DNA from: a virus
Virus record (IMG/VR): IMGVR_UViG_3300037247_001314
Location: 32,001 to 96,000 of that record
Length of the DNA stretch: 64,000 bases
Direction: 5' to 3' (one strand)
The first letter of the stretch is position 1. The number at the start of each line of letters is the position of its first letter. The notes under the pieces were generated by a model. The model was not told the DNA's origin. It did not search any database and saw only the letters and a list, made by a program, of their open reading frames with translations. Positions 18,361 to 27,567 of this stretch are shown one piece after another. The translations under genes were made by a program, and so were the position numbers.

Positions 18361-19148
18361 TTGGCTGCTCCTCGAAGCAACATGCGAATCGTAAAAAGAG
18401 CCTCGTCGGCGGCCAGCGTCGTGTCCTCCGCTATACGGGACAGCGTCTGAAGCAGTACCGGGGTCGGCTCTGGCGTGGGCATCGGAGGTAGGATCTCGAC
18501 CTCAGGCCCAATAGCAGTCTGCTCAAAAACGTGGGCCGGAGCATCAGCTGCGTCGAAAACATAAAGGACGCCGTCAGCAGACTTGCGCAGTGTTCCGTTG
18601 CGGAGCAACTCGCCTACACAACCGTAGCTGCTACTGCGCTTAGCGTAGAGCACCCTCGCGAGTTCGGCTTTAGTCTTAGGCCGCGCTGCGAGGGACCCCA
18701 AGATTTCAGCGCGAAGTTCCACGTAGGTATCGTTCTGATTGTTGTTCCAAGGGTAACCCTGTCCTCGCTGTGGCCCAAGCGCAATAGGTGCAGACACTGT
18801 GCGCTCCAAAGGCTCAACCGAAATAAGAGGAGCAAACAGCGGTGGTGTTCTCCGGGAAGCGTCCCGAGGGCGAATGTGTTGTACGCCGACGGGAGCGGCA
18901 AACTGTTTAGGTCCGTAATATTTGCGGCTACGAACCCCACCCAGGCGCTTTCCCTCCACAACATCGACCCAACACGCAGAAATACGATCAGCTGCGTTCA
19001 GCAGACAAAGCGCCGCGCGAACTGTCGAGTCACTGTAGCGTTTGGACACGTCTTGGGCGGCGCGGATGTCGTCAGCCGGCGAGAACTCAGTTAAGGACTC
19101 GACGATACTAAGAACGTGCTGCTGCGCTTCTTTTGACGCTGACTTCAT
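18357..19148 (-). CDS. Winged-HTH protein
   Basis: PKTKAELARVL...VGELLRNGTL; follows a class I promoter. Confidence 0.6.
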   Translation of the reverse strand: MKSASKEAQQHVLSIVESLTEFSPADDIRAAQDVSKRYSDSTVRAALCLLNAADRISACWVDVVEGKRLGGVRSRKYYGPKQFAAPVGVQHIRPRDASRRTPPLFAPLISVEPLERTVSAPIALGPQRGQGYPWNNNQNDTYVELRAEILGSLAARPKTKAELARVLYAKRSSSYGCVGELLRNGTLRKSADGVLYVFDAADAPAHVFEQTAIGPEVEILPPMPTPEPTPVLLQTLSRIAEDTTLAADEALFTIRMLLRGAAK

Positions 19149-19177
19149 CTTATTTTCCAGACGTTGGGGGTTGCCCC

Positions 19178-19216
19178 ACGATACACAGCGGGCAATGTGC
19201 CGTCAAGACATTTGTC
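19178..19216 (-). promoter_or_regulatory. Class I promoter
   Basis: GACAAATGTC-TTGACG-gcacattgcccgctgtg(17)-TATCGT. Confidence 0.82.
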
Positions 19217-19218
19217 TG

Positions 19219-19250
19219 AAAAAGAAACGGCGAGACACATGGCCCCGCCG
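19219..19250 (-). terminator. Intrinsic terminator
   Basis: CGGCGGGGC/GUCUCGCCG stem followed by UUUCUUUUU. Confidence 0.7.
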
Positions 19251-19375
19251 CTCCAATCCGCTGTTCTTATGGCCCTTGGTGAAAGTCCCTCCCCAAAGCG
19301 GGGTAACCGCCCGCGGCCTCGCTACTCCCCCTCGACGGTGGGCGACCTTTCGGCCTTTCCCACCCACAGTGATTT

Positions 19376-19669
19376 CTATTTGCGTTTGCCCAAAAGGTCC
19401 TTGAAGACCTCCGTCGGCTTGAAACCGACCGTGTTGTGCGCGGCCTTCTTCCACGTCTCGCCCGTGGTTGTGCCCGGCACCTTGCCCGAGCTCGCTTTCT
19501 TGTGGCGCTTCTTAAAGGCGCCAAAGCCGCTCAACGAAAAGCGGCCTTCCGTCTTGACGCTGTCCATCGCCTGCTGCTGGAAACTCTCCAGCGCCTTGGT
19601 AGCTTCGCTCTTGGAAATGCCGGCGTCGGTCGCGATGCCCTCGATGAGGGCGGCCTTGGTGATGCTCAT
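19376..19669 (-). CDS. hup: HU-family DNA-binding protein
   Basis: ITKAALIEGIA...LSGFGAF...VPGTTTGE...VGFKPT; CAGGAG RBS. Confidence 0.92.
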   Translation of the reverse strand: MSITKAALIEGIATDAGISKSEATKALESFQQQAMDSVKTEGRFSLSGFGAFKKRHKKASSGKVPGTTTGETWKKAAHNTVGFKPTEVFKDLLGKRK

Positions 19670-19753
19670 ATGCTCTGCTCCTGGGTGCCCAGTGTGGGCG
19701 AGGTTTGCGCCTTGTGTACCTGTCTGGACGCGGTGTCAAGGGCTCTGTCGCAT

Positions 19754-20323
19754 TTAGTCCGGCTCGATAAGCTTCTGACCATCCGGCACGGTCGCCTGTG
19801 CCCACCACGCGGGAAGCCGCATGCGCAGCGGGCTCACGGTGCGCGGCTGCCAAGGTCTGGACCACGAGCGTGGATCCACCTCGGTGTTGGTCCACCAAAT
19901 AGGTTGTCCTGGCGCGCAGCCGACGAGATAGCTGTGCCCCATGGGCCCGATGATGTTGAGGTGGCCTACGACGGCAGTGCCATGCTTCCGCAGAGCTTTG
20001 ACCATTGCTATCCCGCCCGACCCATGCATCGTCGAGCAGCAGCGCAACCAGAGCAGCCTGACGTGCTTCCAGCGCTTGTCACTGCGAGGCAAGACCTGTT
20101 TGCCGATGAACGCTTGGCCCGGCGAGCCATGCCCCCAGAAATGGAGCTCAACGTCGCTGCCGATCTCGCGACATTTGTTGAGGACGTCGTACCAGGACGT
20201 CGCTGCTACGACGTGGTCAAAGCGCCAACCAAAGAGAGCTGCGCCAATAATCCAAGTGCGCGCAACGCTGAAGAATGGTGCGGGGGTTGCGTCGTAGGCG
20301 AGGATGCGAACGGGTTTGGACAT
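19754..20323 (-). CDS. Putative caspase-like/DUF4347-type fold protein
   Basis: LHFWGHGSPG followed by LLWLRCCST, a His-Gly/Cys dyad spacing. Confidence 0.55.
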   Translation of the reverse strand: MSKPVRILAYDATPAPFFSVARTWIIGAALFGWRFDHVVAATSWYDVLNKCREIGSDVELHFWGHGSPGQAFIGKQVLPRSDKRWKHVRLLWLRCCSTMHGSGGIAMVKALRKHGTAVVGHLNIIGPMGHSYLVGCAPGQPIWWTNTEVDPRSWSRPWQPRTVSPLRMRLPAWWAQATVPDGQKLIEPD

Positions 20324-20372
20324 GTGGAGGCCTCCGCGAAGTGCTTACCCCGAGGAGGCCTTCACGTCATCG

Positions 20373-20606
20373 TCAGGCTGCCAGCTTTTGCATAGCGCAT
20401 CGAATGTGATGGGGTAGGTGCGCGAGGGGTCGGCGGACGTCAAAGCCCGAGGCCACAGCGATATCGCGCAGGAGCGCCCCCATCGAGACTGCGTCCCGCT
20501 CAGCGTGATTCTTGTCCGCTTTGCTGTTGCTGGCCTCTGCCTGCGCTGAAGTGCAATGTGACCGCGCGCTTGCGAGGTCGGTCTTTAGCTTTTCGATTTG
20601 AGTCAT
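20373..20606 (-). CDS. Coiled-coil hypothetical protein
   Basis: AAGGGGG RBS; 77 aa. Confidence 0.6.
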   Translation of the reverse strand: MTQIEKLKTDLASARSHCTSAQAEASNSKADKNHAERDAVSMGALLRDIAVASGFDVRRPLAHLPHHIRCAMQKLAA

Positions 20607-20982
20607 GGCTTGCCCCCTTCTCTGCGGTTAGATGTCCAGACGAGTATATCGGTTCGGTCAACATCGTGCGGGCAACGCGAGACATGTCTCCCATTTCAAA
20701 CGCCGCAACGCGCACGCTGTTAGACACCGGCGCACCTTCCAGACAGTTTTCGATTCGTTTCGCTTGGTCGCAAAGTGCATCGAGCACGACGCCAAGACGC
20801 TTTAGTCGCACCGCTGGGTCTTCGGGGAAATGCTGCGGGCCGTCCTCGAGCTTGGTCTCGTAGCCCATGCACGTGCCGCAACCTGGCTCAAAACAATACA
20901 GAGTATGGTGGACGATACGGTAGAGTTCTTTCTCCCGCTTCGACAGCTGCGTTGGTGTCCGGCCCTGCTTCTTCTTTGCCAT
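20500..20982 (-). CDS. Hypothetical protein
   Basis: MAKKKQG..., HTLYC...CGTC; 3' end overlaps the next gene by 107 nt. Confidence 0.6.
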   Translation of the reverse strand: MAKKKQGRTPTQLSKREKELYRIVHHTLYCFEPGCGTCMGYETKLEDGPQHFPEDPAVRLKRLGVVLDALCDQAKRIENCLEGAPVSNSVRVAAFEMGDMSRVARTMLTEPIYSSGHLTAEKGASHDSNRKAKDRPRKRAVTLHFSAGRGQQQQSGQESR

Positions 20983-21030
20983 CCCAACAACCGTAGGCAT
21001 ATCTCCAGACAGACGTCCAGACCGGCCAGG

Positions 21031-21384
21031 CTATTCGGTAGGGATTTCGCCGTCTTCGTCCGGTCGATCGAGGCAGTTGAACGTCTTGTCGGAGAGCACA
21101 CCGTTCTCGCTGGCAATGGGATTGTGGGCTTGCGCCGTCGCCGCTTTGCGCTTCTTTGGGCGCGGCTTGGGGGATGGGGCTTCGGGCGCATCGAGTTCTT
21201 CCAGACGTTTTTCCAGATGGTCGCCCACCTCGCTGATGAGCCCGATAGTTCGTTCTAGCGCGTGCTTGGTGCCCTTCCCGCCACGGATGAAAAGCTCAAC
21301 ACCAACCTTGCCCCCAACGATGAGCCCGTCGAAAAGCTTGTCCACTAGCGGATGTTCTTCGGTCTTTTTGTCGTCGTCAATCAT
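21031..21384 (-). CDS. Hypothetical protein
   Basis: MIDDDKK...; operon context. Confidence 0.6.
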   Translation of the reverse strand: MIDDDKKTEEHPLVDKLFDGLIVGGKVGVELFIRGGKGTKHALERTIGLISEVGDHLEKRLEELDAPEAPSPKPRPKKRKAATAQAHNPIASENGVLSDKTFNCLDRPDEDGEIPTE

Positions 21385-21571
21385 CACTATCAAGTGTCCC
21401 TTCAATGTTTTGGGCCTCCTCCCAAGTGTCGGCGAGCCCCCTGAGAGTTTTAGGGAGGGAGGCCATGTCACACTCAACGGCGGGCAGAAGCCCGCTAGAC
21501 GTGGTCAACTGAATCGTCACCGGTCGTGGGTCTCTTGCGAGTTTGACTTCCTCGTCACTCGGCATCGTCAC
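21377..21571 (-). CDS. Hypothetical protein
   Basis: 64 aa with coupled overlaps. Confidence 0.55.
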   Translation of the reverse strand: MTMPSDEEVKLARDPRPVTIQLTTSSGLLPAVECDMASLPKTLRGLADTWEEAQNIEGTLDSDD

Positions 21572-22058
21572 CGCCGCTCAGTTCAGCGCTCACCATGCCG
21601 CCAAAGGTTATTTTCTTTCCGCTCGCGTCATACGCATGCTCAATGATGCGCTTACCGGGGATGGCCACAAGACCGCCGCGCTTCGCTGCACCTTCGTACT
21701 GGGGAGCGGCCTCGTGTCCCGTGACGAGAGGGCCACCGTTGGCTAGCTGCGTAAGCTTATCATCCGTCACCGCCACCCCAGTGACGGGCGTAGCCTCGTC
21801 GCACTCCTCTTTGGTGAGCACGCGGTTGAGGTATTCCTCTGCGATGCCGATGTGGCTCACCTCCATACCGAAAGATTCACCGTCTGGACGAATGCCGAGC
21901 TCCTCAACGCGCTCCTCAGCTTGGCGCACGTTGCCGGCCTGCACGATGACCACGCCGCGGAATACGTCGTTGTCCATGTAGCTCAGCCACCACAGCTGTG
22001 CGCCGGTGACGTAGCCCGCTGCCGGTTTGTCGCTACCAACGTCGATCGTTTTAGCCAT
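21555..22058 (-). CDS. Conserved phage hypothetical protein
   Basis: WWLSY...FRGVVIV...LGIRPDGE...NRVLTKEE. Confidence 0.7.
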   Translation of the reverse strand: MAKTIDVGSDKPAAGYVTGAQLWWLSYMDNDVFRGVVIVQAGNVRQAEERVEELGIRPDGESFGMEVSHIGIAEEYLNRVLTKEECDEATPVTGVAVTDDKLTQLANGGPLVTGHEAAPQYEGAAKRGGLVAIPGKRIIEHAYDASGKKITFGGMVSAELSGGDDAE

Positions 22059-22611
22059 CGCTGATAACCTTATTGGCGTCTGGAAGTTGTTCGCCTGCGA
22101 TGCCCACCACTGACTCCAACTCGTCAACAGGGATCTCAGCCCCCTGGCGGTGGTGGTCCGCATCGAACCACTGGACGGCGACAATGGGCGAGTCATACTT
22201 CAACCAGACAATCGTCATCAGCTGTGCGCTGGTTTTGCGTTTCACGGTCGTGCCGATACGAAATCGATTACCAAAGGTTGTAAAGCTGTCAGCGTGCATG
22301 TCCCGGCGTTCGCGCGCGCGGTTGAGTTCGATGCTCGCCTCCGTGACCACTTTGTCGCTGAGGAACTTGAATCGAGGAACTTCAGTGCCGTCATCCAACA
22401 CAACCAGCTCGTTAAACTCTTCCTCGCTGCGCACCCACCACCGACCTTGCTCGTACAAACGCCCCTCTGCGGTTTGCTGACTTTCTTCCACAGCCAAATA
22501 AATAATGACGGGGGTTCCCTCCCGCCCATTGGTAGCGTCGTCGGCACCCGCCAGCACTCGATACTGTCCGCCTTTGTAGTGTTCGTATAGACCGGCTTTC
22601 GTTTTAACCAT
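22051..22611 (-). CDS. DUF1653-like plus YodC/DUF2158-like fusion
   Basis: GLYEHYKGGQYRV...WVRSEEEF...PRFK, then FRIGTTVKRKTSAQLMTI...VQWFD. Confidence 0.75.
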   Translation of the reverse strand: MVKTKAGLYEHYKGGQYRVLAGADDATNGREGTPVIIYLAVEESQQTAEGRLYEQGRWWVRSEEEFNELVVLDDGTEVPRFKFLSDKVVTEASIELNRARERRDMHADSFTTFGNRFRIGTTVKRKTSAQLMTIVWLKYDSPIVAVQWFDADHHRQGAEIPVDELESVVGIAGEQLPDANKVISDG

Positions 22612-23101
22612 CGCTGCCAACTCCGCTGCGATGTGGGCCCGGGAGGCGGCTGTAATAGCAACCCCCGTCGTGGTCCTTCGCAAGTCGACAACGAAGCTCA
22701 GGCGCGTCTGGATAATGTTTTGAGCAGAGGACCTTTGTTGGAGCGGGCGGCTCAATCTTAGACTTAGCGTCGATGAGGCTGGGGGTCGTAAGGTCGATGG
22801 TCCCGTCTGTGTGTCTCACGCCTTTAAGCGCAAGGGCTAGGCCCGCGAGTGTGTTGGCTGCTGCATTTGCTCTCGGCGTATCGAAAAATGAAAACTCGAC
22901 TACAGCCGCATCGCCCTCCATCTCGACAGCGTGAACGTAGCCGACGATGTCTTCGACTTTCTGGCTGAAGTCCAACGTCACGTAGAGCCTATCCACGTTG
23001 GCGCGCTCCACCATCGAAGCAATAGCCTCACGAGTGAAAACGTCCTGCCCGTCGTCACCGGCACGAATGAGTTCCATGCGATGTTTCACTCTCTCAGCCA
23101 T
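22604..23101 (-). CDS. Prohead-protease-like protein, apparently lacking catalytic residues
   Basis: VFTREAI...LDFS...EMEGDAAVVEFSFFDTPRANAA resembles the gp21/U9 fold; GAGGAG RBS. Confidence 0.45.
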   Translation of the reverse strand: MAERVKHRMELIRAGDDGQDVFTREAIASMVERANVDRLYVTLDFSQKVEDIVGYVHAVEMEGDAAVVEFSFFDTPRANAAANTLAGLALALKGVRHTDGTIDLTTPSLIDAKSKIEPPAPTKVLCSKHYPDAPELRCRLAKDHDGGCYYSRLPGPHRSGVGSDG

Positions 23102-23486
23102 CACTTTTCTCCTCGTCGGTGTCTGGAAGTTTTCGGAGGGCAATAGCTGCGTTGCGGCTATGCGAAGCGGACACCGGTAGCCCGCCAGCTGTAACAGCAT
23201 CTGCGTGGTTGTCTAACCACCTCGCGCAGCGCTCCCGTTCGCCCGCCCTAATCGCTGCGCCGTCGTCAAACGCTCGCTGCACCTTTGCAGCGTTGAGCGT
23301 CTTCGTCTTTTCGCCCAGTCGCCTGAGTGTATCGTCTCGACTGGTGTTCGCATCAGCAAGGTCAGCGCGCGCTTTCGCGAGTCGCGTGAGAAGTTCTCGA
23401 GCGAAATCAGTTGAGGCGCCAGGCAAAAGGCTTTGTAGCCGCATGCGCGCTGCCTTTATCACCGCGTCCTCGTAGTCAGCTGGCAT
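23094..23486 (-). CDS. Coiled-coil hypothetical protein
   Basis: MPADYED...ERERCARW. Confidence 0.6.
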   Translation of the reverse strand: MPADYEDAVIKAARMRLQSLLPGASTDFARELLTRLAKARADLADANTSRDDTLRRLGEKTKTLNAAKVQRAFDDGAAIRAGERERCARWLDNHADAVTAGGLPVSASHSRNAAIALRKLPDTDEEKSDG

Positions 23487-24012
23487 CAGACTTCTCTTCG
23501 TGCTTCGCGATAGCCCATATCTCGTCGATGAGCGCATGCAGTTTAGCGGTTGCTGGGTGCCCCTCGGGGAACACCGCTTGGCGCAATAGCTGGATGCCGT
23601 CAACGATAGCACCGTGCGGCTTGCCGTTGCGCCCCTTGTCCCTCGTGTCTTCCAGGCTACTCAACGGGGTGCCGTGCTCGTCGACGTCGCTGTAGCAACC
23701 GACGCGGATGCCCTTGACCAGCTCGGCAAAGCACTTTGGGCAGAAGTCCCACTCCCACTCGCCGAAGGCTTGAAAGAGCAGCGGGTTCTCGGGGTCATCG
23801 CGGTTGATGGCCGAAAGCCCGCTGCGTTGCCGCACTGTTGTTGTCTGGAAGCCGACACCAGGGCGGACCTTGCCTTCCTCGTCATCGTCGGGGACGGACC
23901 AGCTCTGCCCGTGCCTTGGGACGTCACGCCCGCCTCGGTCCTCCGTCCTACACTTGTCGCAGACAAGCCCGATGGTGGGGCATTGCGGGTGTTCGCGATT
24001 GAGGAGTTTCAC
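23476..24012 (-). CDS. Zn-finger hypothetical protein
   Basis: CDKC...DFCPKC. Confidence 0.65.
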   Translation of the reverse strand: MKLLNREHPQCPTIGLVCDKCRTEDRGGRDVPRHGQSWSVPDDDEEGKVRPGVGFQTTTVRQRSGLSAINRDDPENPLLFQAFGEWEWDFCPKCFAELVKGIRVGCYSDVDEHGTPLSSLEDTRDKGRNGKPHGAIVDGIQLLRQAVFPEGHPATAKLHALIDEIWAIAKHEEKSDAS

Positions 24013-24233
24013 GCGGAAGCTTTCTCAAGCTGTCTTACGAAGGCACGGAAGGGGGCCGGGTCATGCCCCTTGAAGTTTGGCGACGTCTCCATCGTGTGCA
24101 GCAGCTCCTTAGCTGCCTTGAGGAAGGCACCCTTGTACGGATGACGTCGGAGCAAGTTGCGGACGGTCATCGGATAGGTCGAGGGTGCGGGGACACCGAA
24201 GGCTTCGGTGGGTAGTTCGGACGCGTGAACCAT
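24009..24233 (-). CDS. Hypothetical protein
   Basis: 74 aa, coupled. Confidence 0.6.
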   Translation of the reverse strand: MVHASELPTEAFGVPAPSTYPMTVRNLLRRHPYKGAFLKAAKELLHTMETSPNFKGHDPAPFRAFVRQLEKASA

Positions 24234-24236
24234 GTC

Positions 24237-24740
24237 TCAGCCCCCAAACACACGACGGCTAAGAAGATTGCGAACGGTGGAGAGCGCGTGTGCACCTTCC
24301 GACCCCTCAGGAAAACGGCCGCCGTTCGCCACAGCATCGAGTTCAGCAAACACGTCTTTCTCGACGGTAGCGAGCTTCTCCTTAAGCTCTTTTATCCGGG
24401 CAACAGCGGCGAGCGCTGGGTCTTCGAGGTTCTCTCCCCGACAACCCACTAAAAACAGGTCAGCGTTGGCGAGCTTGACTGCTGTGACCTGGCGATCGAG
24501 AGCATCCCGCTCTTCGCTGGCCTCGTCTGGACGCTTCAAAACCACAGTATTGTCTGGAAACGATTTTTCGCAAAGAGCGTCTTGCTCAGCCCGGTGCGCG
24601 TTAGTCGCCGTCTGCACTTCGCCGGGGAGATCGTCAGTGCCCCAACAGTTGGGCAGCACTTTCGTCCAACAAATGCCCTTTTTCGAGACGAGCGTGGCGC
24701 CGACAGGGGCAGCTTCGAGTTCTTCGACGGAGTAGCTCAT
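24237..24740 (-). CDS. Hypothetical protein
   Basis: 167 aa, ATGA coupling. Confidence 0.65.
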   Translation of the reverse strand: MSYSVEELEAAPVGATLVSKKGICWTKVLPNCWGTDDLPGEVQTATNAHRAEQDALCEKSFPDNTVVLKRPDEASEERDALDRQVTAVKLANADLFLVGCRGENLEDPALAAVARIKELKEKLATVEKDVFAELDAVANGGRFPEGSEGAHALSTVRNLLSRRVFGG

Positions 24741-25174
24741 GACGGCTTTCCCTTGCGTTCCAGACGGAGCTTATCATTGGAATCCCGCAGCAGGGCGTTG
24801 GACTCCTGTATGTCGTCAATCTTGGCCTGCAGGTTTCCGTTGGCCTCGCGAAGTTTATCCTTGTCGGCGCATACGCTCCGCAGGCTCTCCTCAGTACGAT
24901 CGTGATTCGCTTGGAGCGCGGCTTGTGCCTCGAAAAGCTCGTTGTACGCTTTTTGCAAATGAGAGGCTTCAGCCTCGGCGGCCCTGTCCTCGGGAGGCAA
25001 CACACCGGCTTGCTCCAGCAATGCCCCAATGTCCAGACGCTGCACCTCGTCGGCCATGCGGTCTTTGCCTAGCCGTCGGAGCTCGTCAGCTATGACGTCA
25101 CGGTACCGGTCCGCCAGCTGCTTCAGTTCGGACACCATCACGCGGGCGAGTCGTTCATTCATCTTTTCGGTCAT
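24737..25174 (-). CDS. Coiled-coil hypothetical protein
   Basis: 145 aa with heptad pattern; AAGGAG RBS. Confidence 0.65.
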   Translation of the reverse strand: MTEKMNERLARVMVSELKQLADRYRDVIADELRRLGKDRMADEVQRLDIGALLEQAGVLPPEDRAAEAEASHLQKAYNELFEAQAALQANHDRTEESLRSVCADKDKLREANGNLQAKIDDIQESNALLRDSNDKLRLERKGKPS

Positions 25175-25832
25175 CGGATTCTCCTTGGTTGGGTGTCGCT
25201 GCTTCTACATCTTCCAGAGCTGCTTCGGCAGCTTCCAGATAGGCAGAACCCTCGTGAACCACGCCGGATACGCTCGGGGCAGCAGGTTCGGCCTCAGCCT
25301 TAGCACTCACCCGACTCGCGGCTTTCTCCCACAACAAACGGCTGACATTGTGCCGTCGCTGACGAGAAGCCCCCGAATCTTTCTCGATAGCGTGCAAAGC
25401 CTGCTCCACCATTGCAGACTGTTCCAGACAAATCGCGAGATCGGTAGCTGCACGCTCAGGATTACGTTCAGCGTCATCGGACCGCAACACTGCGTCGACG
25501 CGGGTCACAGCTTCCGCGACTGCACCAACGAGGCCACGCTGGTTGTAGGTCATGCCCTTCAGCATATCTTCGACGTCAGCATGGGGGTGCCCAGGGCGAA
25601 CGGGCACTTGCTCCGTGATGTTGCCACCAAACGTAGTCACTTGCGCGCCGTCCTCGACGAGCGAAGTCATCTGCATGCGGATAGTGCTGGCCGCGTCCGC
25701 AAAATCGTCGGCGTGCTCTCTCTCGTACGCTGATGGGTCTGGATTCATAACTAAGCATCGCGCAAGTGAGTTAGCTAGGTATTCCAGATACTCAGCGACT
25801 TCGGCCAAAGTTTCGCGGCTTGGTTTTTTCAT
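25155..25832 (-). CDS. Hypothetical protein
   Basis: 225 aa, AAAGGA RBS. Confidence 0.65.
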   Translation of the reverse strand: MKKPSRETLAEVAEYLEYLANSLARCLVMNPDPSAYEREHADDFADAASTIRMQMTSLVEDGAQVTTFGGNITEQVPVRPGHPHADVEDMLKGMTYNQRGLVGAVAEAVTRVDAVLRSDDAERNPERAATDLAICLEQSAMVEQALHAIEKDSGASRQRRHNVSRLLWEKAASRVSAKAEAEPAAPSVSGVVHEGSAYLEAAEAALEDVEAATPNQGESDDRKDE

Positions 25833-26476
25833 TCGGGCTGTCCTTTGAGGTCTGCGAGATAGCCGGCCAAGCGGCGCCTCTCAACGTTTCCTAGTTCCAG
25901 ACGTTGCACATCCGGCTTCGGTGGGGAAGGGGGCAATGTGCCTCCTGCCATAATAGGAACGAAGGCCCGGCCATGGCGCTTACTCAGCTCTCGAATAGCA
26001 GCCTCAACTGTCTGGAAAGCTATCTGCCCGCAAAGCATCGTCTGCCACAGCTGCCATTGCTCCTCGATGCCTTTGTTATTGCGTAGCACCACGGGCAGGC
26101 AGTCGCCCAACATCTTGAGCTCGCCCTTGTTCGGGTTGCGGCTCCATATCTCGAAGCGGCCGGGGATGCGCTCCGAGGTCTTCATGAGCGCGGTGCTGCC
26201 CTTGAACTCACGGCGCATCGCTGCGTCTGGAAAACGAAAGCCGAGCTCCAGCTTGCCATGCCTCCAGAGGACGTAGCGAAGCCGGCTCTGGCGCTGCATG
26301 TCTGGAGGTCGTGGGCGGAGGTAGATGTCCTCGTCGCCTACCGCATCGTCATACACTTGCTCTGCGACTGTCTCGCCTGCAGGGCCGTAGATTTCGTCAG
26401 CCTCGACCACGTTGCGTCTGGAATGCCACTGGCCGTGGCTCATGACGAGAATGAGTTCTTTGCCGTCGTCAGCCAT
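25829..26476 (-). CDS. Hypothetical protein
   Basis: Start at ATG 26476 (MADDGK) after GAAGGGG. Confidence 0.6.
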   Translation of the reverse strand: MADDGKELILVMSHGQWHSRRNVVEADEIYGPAGETVAEQVYDDAVGDEDIYLRPRPPDMQRQSRLRYVLWRHGKLELGFRFPDAAMRREFKGSTALMKTSERIPGRFEIWSRNPNKGELKMLGDCLPVVLRNNKGIEEQWQLWQTMLCGQIAFQTVEAAIRELSKRHGRAFVPIMAGGTLPPSPPKPDVQRLELGNVERRRLAGYLADLKGQPE

Positions 26477-26951
26477 CAAAGCCCCTTCGTCTACCCCACT
26501 CGTCGCGTGGGTCGCGCATCTCTTCCAGTTGTCGGGCAAAATCATCTGCGCGAGCTCGCTGCTCGTCGTGCTTTCTAACCAAGCTAATGACGGCAGCGCG
26601 CCTGCGCTCGCTGATAGGCCATTCGCCCACATCGCGAACGGTAGAGGCCACGACAGCCTCCGACACAGGACTGAGCCGTGCGATGCAGGTTTCCAGTCGC
26701 CGACGTTCACGCGTAGCCCAGTTCAGCTGCGCTTTAACAGCTTTGCGCTCCTCATCGGCTTGAGTGTAGAGCGCGCGGTGAACGAGCGCAGTTTTCTCGC
26801 TCAGGTGACTGTCCTTCAACTCGTCGCGCTCTTTGCATACATTCTTGTAGAGCTGCTCCATCTCCGCTGCGTCTTCGCGTATCTGAGCGGCCTCCTCTTT
26901 CGATATTGAAGAATCGCATGTCGGGCAACAGCCTTGGTCGTCGTCAGTCAT
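26469..26951 (-). CDS. Zn-ribbon coiled-coil protein
   Basis: CPTC followed by coiled coil. Confidence 0.6.
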   Translation of the reverse strand: MTDDDQGCCPTCDSSISKEEAAQIREDAAEMEQLYKNVCKERDELKDSHLSEKTALVHRALYTQADEERKAVKAQLNWATRERRRLETCIARLSPVSEAVVASTVRDVGEWPISERRRAAVISLVRKHDEQRARADDFARQLEEMRDPRDEWGRRRGFDG

Positions 26952-27189
26952 CCGTAAAGTTCTTCTCGCTGAGCTTTTTCCAATCGTCCTCGTTGCCGTG
27001 AGCGAGGAGAAAGTTGTGCTTCATGGTTTCCAGTTGCTGGCGATAATCAGGCAAACCAACAGGCGGGTCGGCCACGGACAAACGAAAGCCCCCAGTGGTC
27101 ACAGCGGACGCACCGATTTCAGCCATGTGTTCACCAGCGGCGACGATCTTTGCCTCTAGTTCTGGATGTTGTTTCGTATAGTCAACCAT
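26944..27189 (-). CDS. Hypothetical protein
   Basis: AGGGAG RBS. Confidence 0.6.
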   Translation of the reverse strand: MVDYTKQHPELEAKIVAAGEHMAEIGASAVTTGGFRLSVADPPVGLPDYRQQLETMKHNFLLAHGNEDDWKKLSEKNFTDD

Positions 27190-27385
27190 TGCTCTCCCTA
27201 GCGGTCACCTGTCGGTTCCCATCACGTCTGCGGTTGTATCGACGTCGTCGCAGCGAGGTGGCTACGAGGTCAGCGTTAAATCGCCCGCTGTGGATGCCTA
27301 GCAGCAACACACAGGCAGCATCCCATTGCGTGTCGTCGAGGTCGACGAGCTTGGTATCGGTGGTGGTTCGTATCTGCGCCTTCAT
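27182..27385 (-). CDS. Hypothetical protein
   Basis: Coupled small ORF. Confidence 0.5.
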   Translation of the reverse strand: MKAQIRTTTDTKLVDLDDTQWDAACVLLLGIHSGRFNADLVATSLRRRRYNRRRDGNRQVTARESNG

Positions 27386-27567
27386 GTCGTCTCGTCGTCA
27401 TCCTCTGTAAAGGCAAACTCAATGCGGCGCAGACTCGATTGGTTCTCCTTGTTGACCAACCCAAGTAACCGGTCGACGAGTTCTGGCGGAACATCTCCGT
27501 GGGCGAGAGGAGCTAGCGGAAGATATTTATTTGCTTGTTGGCGGTACAGAGTCGCTCGACATTTCAC
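27382..27567 (-). CDS. Hypothetical protein
   Basis: GTGA coupling; GAGGTG RBS. Confidence 0.5.
   Translation of the reverse strand: MKCRATLYRQQANKYLPLAPLAHGDVPPELVDRLLGLVNKENQSSLRRIEFAFTEDDDETT

Noticed and set aside
19335-19370. GGCCGAAAGGUC as a hammerhead stem II or c-di-GMP riboswitch
   Set aside because: No CUGANGA core and no second GEMM hairpin consensus.
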